Source: a virus
DNA length: 59,549 nucleotides
Virus record (IMG/VR): IMGVR_UViG_3300032038_004959
Strand: one strand, 5' to 3'
Positions 15,705-24,529 of this stretch are shown piece by piece (within the stretch, counting starts at the first letter, position 1; each line of letters begins with the position of its first letter). Both the position numbers and the translations under genes were made by a program. Under the pieces are notes generated by a model. The model ran no database searches, was not told where the DNA came from, and worked only from the letters and a program-made list of their open reading frames with translations.

Positions 15705-17647
15705 TTTATAATCAGTTTATCATCTTCGGTTACTACGAGCAAAATCATCTGACTTGCAATCTTCGGCACATTATTGATAGCCTCTGCATTATCCAAGAAA
15801 CAAGGAGCGGTGATTTGCTCATACTTGCATATCGCACTGATAATATCCAATCCTGCGATAATCTTCATGGCATTGTTCAGGTCTGAGTAAGGCACTCCGT
15901 TCACGGTAGCCTCACAGGTCTCGACCTCGCCACCATTGATTTGCTGCTCGAACATCTTGAACTTGACGAGAGAGAAAAGTCCATTGATACGATTCTCAAC
16001 GGCTTCGATGCGAGCTTTCGAGAATGCTGCCATAGTGAACTCGATACCCTCCAACTGAGCCAATTCCTCGCTCTGTTCCCTGAGCTGCTTTTCAAGCTCT
16101 TTGATACGAGCCTCATTGCGCTCGATGGTCTCTTTCTTGGCGAGCTTCGCCTTGATAGCATCAATCTCATCGGTGATGGATTTCTTCTGCTCATTCAGCT
16201 CTACGGTATCAGGCACATCAATAGGAGTATTGACGGTTTCTTCAAGCTCTGCAATCTGTTGGATGAGATTCTTGATTTCCTCATCTGATTCGATAGCAGG
16301 AGCAGCATCAGGAGCAACGAGGGATTTGCTATAAAGAGGATTATTCTTGATAGTCTCGATGCGAGATTCAAGCTCTGAGATACGTTCCTCGCATTTCTTG
16401 ATGAGAGCTTCGGTCTCCTGAGTGTTTTTCTTGACCTGCTGACCTTTGCGATTGTTTTCTTCGAGGTCGGATGCTTTCTTCGTATTGAAGTTGGCGGTCA
16501 TCTCGTTCTGCTTACGCTCAATATCATCAATATCGAGAGGTCGCTTGCAGGTCGGACAGATGAATTCATCATCCTTAAATTGTAGAGTGCGAGCCTTAAT
16601 CTCTCGCCATTCAGCGATGAGAGCTTCACGCTTGGCTTTGAGAGATTCCAAATCTTTTTGATAGCCCTGCATCTCAGAGCGGACACGAGATAGCTCATTC
16701 TGAGCCAAAGAGAGATTATCTTTCAATTCTCTCTGCGATTTGCACTCTGCATAGTAATCGCTCTGAACACTCTCTTTGATTTTGAATTCCCGATTCTGCT
16801 TTTCCTGACGGAGATTCGAGAGCTTCTGTTGCAGCTTCAGTCGGGTATCGCTCGCATTCTTGTATGCCTGAGATTTATCTGCGATAGCTTTCTCAATCTC
16901 TGAGAGCTGAGATTTCTTCGTATTCAGGTCAGTATCGAGTATCAGCCAATTCTCAGCCTCAGGCATATCTCGCTTACGCTCATCGATACGCTCAGGGATG
17001 CCATCGATTTCTGCCTTGATTCTGCGTTTCTTCGCCTGAATCTCTCTCTTATACTCTTCCATCGTCTTACCTGTGAGAGATGCAAGGAGAGCTGTGAAAT
17101 CTTCGTTTCCTGCGGCTATCTCCGCATCGCTGATGTCTCCTGCCATCCTGAAAAGCATCGCTCTCTGAGCATCGGTTTTCTGAGCTGAGAAATAGAGAGG
17201 ATTGGTGATGAACTTAAAGACCTGCTCTGAGCATATAGAGGTGATTTTCTCTCCCCATTCCTTGACAGACATAGGAACATCATTATAGAGCCTTTCTTCT
17301 TCATGCCCTGTGAATTCCTCAGTAGCAGAGCCACGTTTCTTCTGCCATTTCTCAGAGTAACGGCGACAGAGGGATATTTCCTCATCATCGACCGTCAGGA
17401 TAGCCGATACCTCATGCGGAATGCGAGGGATAGCCACGCCCTGAGCATCGAGGGTCTTGATATTGAAACTCTTTCTATCTTCGCTATCCTTGCCGAATAA
17501 GAGCCAAGTGAAAGCATCGAAGATAGTTGTCTTTCCTGAGCCGTTCTTTCCGAGAACGCTCGTCATCGAGTCATTGAACTCGATTTGAAACTCCCTGAGA
17601 CCTTTGAAATTCAAAAGGGAGAGCCGTTTGATAATTACCTTTTTCAT
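15701..17647 (-). CDS. Rad50/SbcC-like AAA ATPase with coiled coil and CxxC zinc hook
   Basis: 648 aa. Walker A GKNGSGKTT, a long coiled-coil middle with CPTC, and a C-terminal hydrophobic-D Walker B-like LLVVTEDD. Confidence 0.8.
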   Translation of the reverse strand: MKKVIIKRLSLLNFKGLREFQIEFNDSMTSVLGKNGSGKTTIFDAFTWLLFGKDSEDRKSFNIKTLDAQGVAIPRIPHEVSAILTVDDEEISLCRRYSEKWQKKRGSATEEFTGHEEERLYNDVPMSVKEWGEKITSICSEQVFKFITNPLYFSAQKTDAQRAMLFRMAGDISDAEIAAGNEDFTALLASLTGKTMEEYKREIQAKKRRIKAEIDGIPERIDERKRDMPEAENWLILDTDLNTKKSQLSEIEKAIADKSQAYKNASDTRLKLQQKLSNLRQEKQNREFKIKESVQSDYYAECKSQRELKDNLSLAQNELSRVRSEMQGYQKDLESLKAKREALIAEWREIKARTLQFKDDEFICPTCKRPLDIDDIERKQNEMTANFNTKKASDLEENNRKGQQVKKNTQETEALIKKCEERISELESRIETIKNNPLYSKSLVAPDAAPAIESDEEIKNLIQQIAELEETVNTPIDVPDTVELNEQKKSITDEIDAIKAKLAKKETIERNEARIKELEKQLREQSEELAQLEGIEFTMAAFSKARIEAVENRINGLFSLVKFKMFEQQINGGEVETCEATVNGVPYSDLNNAMKIIAGLDIISAICKYEQITAPCFLDNAEAINNVPKIASQMILLVVTEDDKLIIK

Positions 17648-17658
17648 TTGCGTTGAAA

Positions 17659-18255
17659 TTAAAGTTTATATTGCCATTTATAATTCCCTGCCGTTTTAGC
17701 CTTACCTCTTGCAACGGCACATATTGAAGTCATACAGATGCCGAGTTTCTCAGATGCTTTTTTGATACAATCCCATTCTTTTATGAATTTTCCATCTTTC
17801 GTGAGTTGTATTATTTTCTTTGCATTGGGATTTAATCCATCCTTATGTTCACGATGCCATTTCCTATCTCTATTTGAATGACCTCTTTCAATGCCTGTCC
17901 CATAATGGAGATTATCATTAAGGCTCATCCATTCGAGATTAGTAGCTCTATTATCTCGCTTATCTTCATTGATATGATTTACGGTACTCAGATTATCAGG
18001 ATTTGGAATGAAAGCCGTAGCAACAATCCGATGAATCAGGTAGTTTTTATTTTTCCCATTTTTACAGAGAGTTACAGAGAGATAGCCATCCTTCCTCTCA
18101 ATAGGGCATAATATCTGACCTTTAATCGTAACAAATCCCTTTTCTCCCCATCGTGTCCGTCTTGGAGTAGTTCTATCAAGAGAGCGGATGTTTCCGAGGT
18201 TGCTGACCTCATATAAATCCTCATATTCAGGTATAGATTTCCATTCTTCACTCAT
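17659..18255 (-). CDS. HNH homing endonuclease (NUMOD4 + HNH), paralog 2
   Basis: 198 aa. EEWKSIPEYEDLYEVSNLGNIRS and VNHINEDKRDNRATNLEW. Confidence 0.85.
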   Translation of the reverse strand: MSEEWKSIPEYEDLYEVSNLGNIRSLDRTTPRRTRWGEKGFVTIKGQILCPIERKDGYLSVTLCKNGKNKNYLIHRIVATAFIPNPDNLSTVNHINEDKRDNRATNLEWMSLNDNLHYGTGIERGHSNRDRKWHREHKDGLNPNAKKIIQLTKDGKFIKEWDCIKKASEKLGICMTSICAVARGKAKTAGNYKWQYKL

Positions 18256-18267
18256 CTTGCGTTGAAT

Positions 18268-18501
18268 TTATTGTGAAACATAATACTGAGCCACTTTCTT
18301 TTTGGTCGCAGTCTCAATCCTATCGACCTTGATGTTTACTTCGGGATGGTCTCTCCGAATATCGCTGATACGAGATGCGAGGCGCATACAACCAAATAGT
18401 TTCAGAGCTTCGAGACTCGTGATGCGATGACCTTCCATCAGATAAGCGAAAATCCTCTTATTCTGACTTTCGGATGATTCGAGATTCTGATTATCATTCA
18501 T
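18268..18501 (-). CDS. Winged-helix/HTH DNA-binding protein
   Basis: 77 aa. ITSLEALKLFGCMRLASRISDIR resembles a wHTH recognition segment. Confidence 0.55.
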   Translation of the reverse strand: MNDNQNLESSESQNKRIFAYLMEGHRITSLEALKLFGCMRLASRISDIRRDHPEVNIKVDRIETATKKKVAQYYVSQ

Positions 18502-18504
18502 AAC

Positions 18505-18792
18505 TTAAAACTTTGGATGGTTAATCACTACATGGGTCGTTGCCTGAGCCTTGATTTCCTGATTGGTCGGTACTCTGTCTTGGAGCATCCAATCCTCAAT
18601 CTCAGACTTCTTGAAATAGGTATTCTTGCCCTGCTTGTAATAGGGAAGTGCTTTCTCGCTCGTCAGATGTCGGACTCTGCTTTCAGAGAGACCGAGCATC
18701 AGAGCGACCTCTGAGACGGTTAGAGCCTCTTTCGATTGAATGAGGATGAGCCTCTCAATCCTTGCAAGTCTTTCATCTGCACTCATTATCAT
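18505..18792 (-). CDS. Excisionase/MerR-type HTH protein
   Basis: 95 aa. LTVSEVALMLGLSESRVRHL...YFKKSEIEDWM is an HTH_17-like pattern. Confidence 0.6.
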   Translation of the reverse strand: MIMSADERLARIERLILIQSKEALTVSEVALMLGLSESRVRHLTSEKALPYYKQGKNTYFKKSEIEDWMLQDRVPTNQEIKAQATTHVVINHPKF

Positions 18793-19043
18793 TCCTCCGC
18801 AATCATTTTTGAGAGTTCAGGAACAAGATTCTTAGATTCCCAATAAGCTACAAGCCTATAAAGACCATATCCTGCACCGAAACCGATAGATTTTGAAACT
18901 AAGAGCATCCATGCCCATCTCATTAGAGGGAGATTCTCATCGGGAATACTGAATACTCCGAGGATTACCACGAAACCGATAATAATCATCACATAATAGC
19001 GATAATTCAGAAATGCCTTTTTCATATTAAAATTTCTCTCCAT
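18789..19043 (-). CDS. Small membrane protein
   Basis: 84 aa with two hydrophobic helices. Confidence 0.5.
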   Translation of the reverse strand: MERNFNMKKAFLNYRYYVMIIIGFVVILGVFSIPDENLPLMRWAWMLLVSKSIGFGAGYGLYRLVAYWESKNLVPELSKMIAEE

Positions 19044-19263
19044 AATTTAAGATTGATATTTTGATTACCATTGAGCGGTTTCCATCGACATCGAATGTCT
19101 GAACATTATCTGTGATACCGCTTTCTTTATTCTCTGCTTTCCTCTTTGAAAGCTCATTCATCCAATCGGATAATTCCGCAGGAACAGGGAAAGTGACTGA
19201 TTTTCGAGTGCGTCCGCATTCAGCGGAAATACACATCTTTTTGATTCCTTTCTTTTCTGCCAT
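19027..19263 (-). CDS. Hypothetical protein
   Basis: The ATG at 19263 (MAEKKGIKK...) is preferred over the GTG at 19293. The upstream extension is made of the TTCAACGCAA motif (19278..19287). Confidence 0.4.
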   Translation of the reverse strand: MAEKKGIKKMCISAECGRTRKSVTFPVPAELSDWMNELSKRKAENKESGITDNVQTFDVDGNRSMVIKISILNYGEKF

Positions 19264-19296
19264 ACTGATGATTTTTGTTGCGTTGAAATCCACACG

Positions 19297-19512
19297 TTAG
19301 CGTTTAGGAAATAAATAATCAACATTTACTCCGAAATGCTCTGCGATAATGCTCTGAGCGAGCGCATCGGGAGTCTGCTGCCCTGAGAGCCACATTCGGA
19401 CGGTCGTTTCTGTTCTCCGAGTAATCTTTGCTACCTCTGAAACGAATTCCTGAGCAGGGGTTGGCTTGCTCTTTTGCTCGTTGTAGAGGTCGAAAAACGT
19501 CTTTTCTGCCAT
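19297..19512 (-). CDS. Cro-like HTH regulator
   Basis: 71 aa. An HTH-like segment (EFVSEVAKITRRTETTVRMWLSGQQTP). First gene of the leftward early operon and divergent from the CI-like gene. Confidence 0.55.
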   Translation of the reverse strand: MAEKTFFDLYNEQKSKPTPAQEFVSEVAKITRRTETTVRMWLSGQQTPDALAQSIIAEHFGVNVDYLFPKR

Positions 19513-19618
19513 ACTTTAATTATTTTTAATGTTAAACTTTATGCTTATTAGGCATTATTTTATTATCTCTGCACCCAAATTTTCATCGAGTGCGGCAATA
19601 ACTTTCCGTATTGCGTTG

Positions 19619-19626
19619 CAAAGATA
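19619..19626 (-). promoter_or_regulatory. Candidate -7 promoter box (TATCTTTG) for the leftward early operon
   Basis: Plus-strand caaagata. On the minus strand it reads TATCTTTGCAACGCAA. It lies 107 nt upstream of the ATG at 19512. Confidence 0.35.
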
Positions 19627-19738
19627 ATAAAAAAAACATTATAGCAAGCCATAATAATAAAAAAAAATGCTTGTCGTTAAGTTTTTTTAAGGATTGAGCA
19701 ATAACAATACGCATTATTAACGCATAAAGATTAGAAAA

Positions 19739-20158
19739 ATGGAAAGAAAAGAAAGACTGCAAACTGCCTACGAGTATTTAAGAAATCAGGGCAGAGTTCA
19801 TACACATAAAGATGTCGCATCTACAATGGAAGCGACACGACAGAATGTATCGGCAGCATTGAAAGGAAAAGACGGAGTACTGACCGATAACTTTCTCAGA
19901 CGGTTTAATCTCGCTTTCGGAGAGCCTTTTAATCTTGATTGGCTCATCAACGGCGATGGCGAAATGCTTTCACGTCCTATTCATCAAGAAATCAATGGAG
20001 ACCATAATACCCAAGTCGCAGGGAACTATCAGACAAATAATCCTGAGACCTTGGATAAAGCTATTGATGAGATTGCAGCTCAGAGAAAGCTCGTAGAAAA
20101 ATCCCAAGAGCAAATCGACCGATTATTATCTATAATAGAGAATATGAATAATAAATAA
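19739..20158 (+). CDS. CI-like repressor (phage CI HTH type)
   Basis: 139 aa. HKDVASTMEATRQNVSAAL is an HTH, and the trailing LDWLINGDGEM motif is typical of Bacteroidetes CI-type repressors. Divergent from the cro-like gene. Confidence 0.6.
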   Translation: MERKERLQTAYEYLRNQGRVHTHKDVASTMEATRQNVSAALKGKDGVLTDNFLRRFNLAFGEPFNLDWLINGDGEMLSRPIHQEINGDHNTQVAGNYQTNNPETLDKAIDEIAAQRKLVEKSQEQIDRLLSIIENMNNK

Positions 20159-20162
20159 CGAT

Positions 20163-20564
20163 ATGGTAGCACTTCAACAATTATATGTTCTCAAAATCGA
20201 ATATCAGAGACGGCAACAGATATTCGATGAGAGTATTGCTATAATGCAAAAGACAAATAATCCTGATGTCTTGATGCGCAGATATTCTGAATTGACAGAT
20301 TTCGTAGATTGGTTCTTTGCTCAGAAAGAGAAAGGGTTGCCTCTCAAAGCTGATAAGACGAAAGAGCAGATGAATAGCGATATTCCTGCTTTCTTTAATT
20401 ATCATTCTGTGAGGATTGCAAACTATATAATAGAGCATACTCCAAAGAAAGAACATCATAACTCTCTTATGCTTCTTTTATCTTCATTAAAAGAATGTAG
20501 AAATAAAGAAGAATCTTATATTAAAATCTCAGAACTTATAAACAAGAATTTGAATAATGGATAA
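20163..20564 (+). CDS. Hypothetical protein (lysogeny-region cargo)
   Basis: 133-aa ORF co-transcribed with the CI-like gene. No motif recognised. Confidence 0.45.
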   Translation: MVALQQLYVLKIEYQRRQQIFDESIAIMQKTNNPDVLMRRYSELTDFVDWFFAQKEKGLPLKADKTKEQMNSDIPAFFNYHSVRIANYIIEHTPKKEHHNSLMLLLSSLKECRNKEESYIKISELINKNLNNG

Positions 20565-20790
20565 TATAAAGCAACTATCTTTCTTCACCATCGATTTGAT
20601 GAAGTCAGCAATCAATCACGATGAGAACCTCTCAGGAAAGGCGAGAGAGCTTCTTTTGCAGACAGGCAAAGAGTTTGACCGATGCAAAGTGAATAACGAG
20701 CCTACGAGCGAAATAGAATACCTATACGACACCGCTCTATGGTTGAGCGAGCAAATCTTCACAGACGATGAGCAGAAGGAGAGTATATAG
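20557..20790 (+). CDS. Hypothetical protein
   Basis: 77-aa ORF that overlaps the stop of the previous gene. Confidence 0.4.
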   Translation: MDNIKQLSFFTIDLMKSAINHDENLSGKARELLLQTGKEFDRCKVNNEPTSEIEYLYDTALWLSEQIFTDDEQKESI

Positions 20791-21031
20791 TCAGAATACT
20801 ATCGGCATCATGGAGCGTTTCTTTCAGGCTTTCGAGCGATGCAAGGAAATGAAGCTCCTGAAAGTCGCCGACTACTGCCGAGATAACAATATCGACAAAG
20901 CGCATTTCTATACTCAGCGCAAAGACCTCAATCGGGGTTTCTTCGAGGTCGGATGGATGCTTCCGCTCATTCGGGATTGCAGAGTCTCATCCTATTGGTT
21001 GATGACAGGCAACGGAGAAATGTTCGGATAA
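20768..21031 (+). CDS. Second CI-type HTH-like protein
   Basis: 87 aa ending in SYWLMTGNGEMF, the same C-terminal signature as in 19739..20158. Confidence 0.45.
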   Translation: MSRRRVYSQNTIGIMERFFQAFERCKEMKLLKVADYCRDNNIDKAHFYTQRKDLNRGFFEVGWMLPLIRDCRVSSYWLMTGNGEMFG

Positions 21032-21035
21032 TAAG

Positions 21036-21081
21036 AGAGGGCAGCTATTAGAGAAAATCTAACAACTGCCCTCTATCTTTT
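21036..21081. terminator. Bidirectional intrinsic terminator between convergent genes
   Basis: AGAGGGCAG (21036..21044) pairs with CTGCCCTCT (21066..21074) and is followed by atcttttt. Lies between the plus-strand gene end and the integrase stop. Confidence 0.6.
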
Positions 21082-21103
21082 TCGTGAGGTCACGAAAATG
21101 GTC

Positions 21104-22297
21104 TCACTTCTTTTTCTTCGGCTTTTCCTTCTTTCCCTTTGGCTCAGGTCTGAGAACATTCGGGATATTGGCGACCGCTTTCTGCTTATTCTTATCCATC
21201 ACCTTTGCATATATCTGTGTCGTGGAAAGCTCACGATGACCGAGTAGCTTGCTGACGGTGTAGATGTCCGTTCCGAGGTCAAGCATCATTGTGGCGAATG
21301 TATGCCGTCCGCAATGGAATGTGATTTTCTTATCTATCTTTGCCCTCAATACCCATTCCTGAATAGCCTTATTCGTGCATGATGGTGAGTGAATATCCTG
21401 AAAGACCTGCTCATTCGGTTTCCCTCTTTCGCCCATCAGCTCCGCAGCCTGTGGAGTGATGTCGAGATACTCCTGCCCCTGAGTCTTTTTCTGCCTGAAT
21501 ATGATTCGGGTGAAATCCCCTTGATGATGAACCTCTCCCCAAGTGAGTTTCAGAATATCGCTCCGTCTGAGACCTGTCAGACATGAGAATAAGAAAGCAG
21601 CCTTGATGCGAGGATATTCACATTCTGTCTGAGCGAGCTTTCTAACCTCATCGATGGTGAGATACATTCTCGTTCCTTCTTCTGCTTTGAAATTCTCGAC
21701 ATTGCGAGCAGGATTGATGGGGATAATCCTATCCTCGAAAGCCTGATTGAGACACGCCCTGAGCTTATTGAAGTAACTGAGTTTAGAGTTTCGGGCGAGA
21801 GGCTTATCTTTGATACGAGTGCGATAATCATGCGCCCAGGCAACCGCCTCGTTTTCGAGATAATCGTGAAATCCCTGCACCCATTCCTGAGTGATATTGG
21901 CAAATGTCAGTTTCTCATTCTTATCATAGATTAGAAGATGATGCAGACACGAGAACCAATTTCCCCAATTACTACGGCTCTCAGCTCCGAGCCTCTTTTG
22001 GCACATAGCACGATAATAAGGATAGAATAGGGTATCGGTCGCAAATTCTGATTTGAACCCATATTCGCCGTTCTGCATCTCGACAATCCTCTTTGACTTG
22101 ATGGAGTTGGCGAGCTGCATGGTCTGTCGATTCGTTTCCTTATCCTCTTTGGTGCGCTCAGGGATGAGATAGAGCTTCAGGAATTCATAAGTTCTCTTTC
22201 CGTCTCTATATATATCAAGATAGAGACTGATGTTACCGTTCTGCAAAGGCTTCTGTCTGACCTTTATCGGCTCTTTAATTTTCTTTTCTTTCGCCAT
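21104..22297 (-). CDS. int: Tyrosine integrase (Bacteroidetes phage/CTn type)
   Basis: C-terminus has HCGRHTFATMM...LLGHRELSTTQIYAKV (R-H-R-Y catalytic pattern). Start placed at MAKEKKIKEP (22297), with TTCAACGCAT 6 nt upstream. The longer ORF adds an implausible leader. Confidence 0.9.
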   Translation of the reverse strand: MAKEKKIKEPIKVRQKPLQNGNISLYLDIYRDGKRTYEFLKLYLIPERTKEDKETNRQTMQLANSIKSKRIVEMQNGEYGFKSEFATDTLFYPYYRAMCQKRLGAESRSNWGNWFSCLHHLLIYDKNEKLTFANITQEWVQGFHDYLENEAVAWAHDYRTRIKDKPLARNSKLSYFNKLRACLNQAFEDRIIPINPARNVENFKAEEGTRMYLTIDEVRKLAQTECEYPRIKAAFLFSCLTGLRRSDILKLTWGEVHHQGDFTRIIFRQKKTQGQEYLDITPQAAELMGERGKPNEQVFQDIHSPSCTNKAIQEWVLRAKIDKKITFHCGRHTFATMMLDLGTDIYTVSKLLGHRELSTTQIYAKVMDKNKQKAVANIPNVLRPEPKGKKEKPKKKK

Positions 22298-22326
22298 ATA
22301 CTGATGCGTTGAATATCGATGTCTTT

Positions 22327-22625
22327 TTGTTACTTTTGTGACCCGAAATAATCGAGTAACAAAATGGTAACGCAAATATAGCACTTTCCTGACATAATAA
22401 CGGCATAGATAATAGATTTATTGTATTTGCATCCGAAATACTGATTTCAGAGGCTTTTGTGCTGATTTGATGCTGGTTCTATGCTGATAGAGTGCCATTC
22501 TAATTTGCTGAGAATTTCCGTCATTACTTACCCACGCAGGATATTTGTAACTATATTATAACTCAGTCATTTACAGAACGATTAGAGCATATTAGAGTGA
22601 GTCGGAGTAACAAACGAGTAACAAA
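22327..22625. promoter_or_regulatory. Putative attP region with arm-type repeats AGTAACAAA
   Basis: Copies of AGTAACAAA at 22356..22364, 22606..22614 and 22617..22625, plus an inverted copy at 22327..22335. They flank about 240 bp of non-coding DNA next to int. Confidence 0.45.
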
Positions 22626-22629
22626 ATCG

Positions 22630-22680
22630 AAAAAAAAGAACCGCACGACCGATGATGAATCTCTCATTTCAGCCGTGCGG
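22630..22680 (-). terminator. Candidate intrinsic terminator after the lysis operon
   Basis: CCGCACG (22641..22647) pairs with CGTGCGG (22674..22680). On the minus strand the hairpin is followed by TTC and then a T8 run (22630..22637). The loop is long (26 nt) and has an internal ATGA/TCAT stem. Confidence 0.45.
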
Positions 22681-22804
22681 ATTTCAACGCAACTGATGAA
22701 GAGTTTATCATCAGTGCGACAAAGGTATGAAAATTATTTCATTCCACAAAGAAAAAGCACCGAAATTCACATTCCGATGCCCTCTCTTAACCTTAAAACT
22801 AATA

Positions 22805-23380
22805 CTATGGTTTACACAAAAGCCTTTTCGTAATCTTCAAAATCGGTTTCCTGAATATATAACCGATAGCGATGATAAGCAGGATGAGACACCAAGGAAA
22901 CCACTTGATGCAAGTATGCTGCCACCATGTCAGCTCTCTCTCGACCTCTTTCTTATCTATCAGAGTGATATATTTTGTTTTGGTCTTATATTCAGTCCTG
23001 ACACTATCATTCCTCTCGACAGGCTTCTGAAACTCCGAAGCTATCTCCTGCGGCTTCGTTTTCAGGTCGTGATACAGAGTGCCATCCTGATTGATGCGAG
23101 CATCTGAGGTCGCATAATCATTTTCGAGATGAGAGGTACTATCCTGAGTCGTGCGCTCTGCCATCTGAGCAGGGATTTTGATATAGACGGTATCTGTCAG
23201 ATACTCGATGACCTTTTCAACCCTGACTTCGGTATTCGAGCTATCTTTCTGCTGAATGACGGTCGTATTCTGTTCGACCACTCGCCGCTGAGTGCAGCAC
23301 CCCGACACTATAAAGAGCATCGAGACCAATACTGCACTCAGCACATACATCGATATATGGTCACGAAAAAAAGTTTTCAT
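22805..23380 (-). CDS. Lipoprotein with a C-terminal TM helix (unimolecular spanin candidate)
   Basis: 191 aa. Signal plus lipobox MLFIVSGC at the N-terminus and a C-terminal hydrophobic segment WFPWCLILLIIAIGYIF. Last gene of the holin-amidase cassette. Confidence 0.5.
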   Translation of the reverse strand: MKTFFRDHISMYVLSAVLVSMLFIVSGCCTQRRVVEQNTTVIQQKDSSNTEVRVEKVIEYLTDTVYIKIPAQMAERTTQDSTSHLENDYATSDARINQDGTLYHDLKTKPQEIASEFQKPVERNDSVRTEYKTKTKYITLIDKKEVERELTWWQHTCIKWFPWCLILLIIAIGYIFRKPILKITKRLLCKP

Positions 23381-23961
23381 AATCTGATATATTTTTGAAT
23401 TGCATCGGCATGGAGATTGACGATTTCCTGCTTCCCTCTCTCTGACATCAGGAACTCGACCTCAGCCTTATTGTCTTGAAATAGATTCTCTGTCAGAACG
23501 GCAGGGCAGTTGGTATCTCTGACGATAGCGAAATTGCCTACCCAATATCTGCACGATGGCACAGAACGATTCCCTTTGAGATTCCTCTTTGCCGCTTCAT
23601 CATAGAGAGTCTGAGCGAGAATCTTGCTCTTTTGGCTCGCATTTGGAGCTATCCATCCGCTCCATCCGCTTGCATCATGCCAACGACCATCACTCTTTGC
23701 TGCATTGATATGGATGGAGATTAGCATCACATTCTTTGAACCGAGTTTCGCACAGATAGCATTGACCCTACGGCAACGCTCTCTGAGTGATATATCTGTT
23801 TCTTCGGTCACGATACGCTCTGCATCGAGACCTCTCTTTTTCAGCTCTGCAACCAATCGGGATGCAATATCTCTCGCCCAAGCATATTCCCTGAGCTTTC
23901 CATCAGGAGAGCATTTTCCCAATGTATTAGAGCCATGTCCGTTATCAATCAGGATTTTCAT
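23377..23961 (-). CDS. N-acetylmuramoyl-L-alanine amidase (endolysin)
   Basis: MKILIDNGHG..., ISIHINA and LTENLFQDN are typical of Amidase_3. Start trimmed to MKILID. Confidence 0.85.
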   Translation of the reverse strand: MKILIDNGHGSNTLGKCSPDGKLREYAWARDIASRLVAELKKRGLDAERIVTEETDISLRERCRRVNAICAKLGSKNVMLISIHINAAKSDGRWHDASGWSGWIAPNASQKSKILAQTLYDEAAKRNLKGNRSVPSCRYWVGNFAIVRDTNCPAVLTENLFQDNKAEVEFLMSERGKQEIVNLHADAIQKYIRL

Positions 23962-24529
23962 TAGATTTCTGTTTTTGGCGTTCATATTCTGCGAGCATCT
24001 CACGAGCAGCAGCAATCTGTTCCTCTGTGACACGACCGCCATTCTTTAACTCATCGAGGGTGACATCAAAGTGCCTCTCAGTCTTATCTACCATGATTCT
24101 TTGCAGAGCCTTCCAAAAACGGCTCTCGTTTTCATCCCGACATGAACTTTCATTTTCAAGGATAGACCATGCTTGTTCAAAGCATATCGCTCCTGTGATG
24201 ACATAAGATAATGGAATCGATACATGAATGAATACCCAATGCTCAACGAGATATGCGAGCAGGATGAGCCATAATCGCTTTGGGATGGTCGATTTCACCA
24301 CCTTGCCGAAAGCGAAGCTCGCGAAATGAGCTTTCTCACGACTCGTTTTCTCAGGGTACTTTTGATGCACTCGCTTGTCGAGCTGATAAGCCGTCCAAGC
24401 ATCATAGACGATGAAGATAATCGTCACAATAATCAGAGGGAAAGTCGGCTTGAACTCACCGATGAGCCAACCGATACCGCCTCCCAATAGGCAGACCATT
24501 CCTTTCCAAAACTTATATATCAATTCCAT
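23945..24529 (-). CDS. Holin-like membrane protein
   Basis: 194 aa with several hydrophobic helices in the N-terminal two thirds and a charged C-terminal tail. Directly upstream of the amidase. Confidence 0.5.
   Translation of the reverse strand: MELIYKFWKGMVCLLGGGIGWLIGEFKPTFPLIIVTIIFIVYDAWTAYQLDKRVHQKYPEKTSREKAHFASFAFGKVVKSTIPKRLWLILLAYLVEHWVFIHVSIPLSYVITGAICFEQAWSILENESSCRDENESRFWKALQRIMVDKTERHFDVTLDELKNGGRVTEEQIAAAREMLAEYERQKQKSNENPD

Noticed and set aside
13392-17647. An SbcD/Mre11-type nuclease partner for the Rad50-like ATPase.
   Set aside because: No ORF with the phosphoesterase motifs (DxH, GDxxD, GNHD) was seen. The nearby MBL-fold hydrolase may play the nuclease role, but that is speculation, so no SbcCD complex is claimed.
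22597-23107. Plus-strand ORFs 22597..22833 and 22727..23107, and a shorter 45-aa version starting at 22696 just after a TTCAACGCAA motif.
   Set aside because: They overlap the putative attP repeats, two hairpins and the 3' end of the spanin-like gene. The ATG at 22696 is buried in the CTGATGA/TCATCAG stem. The motif makes the 45-aa ORF conceivable, but the evidence is too thin to call it.
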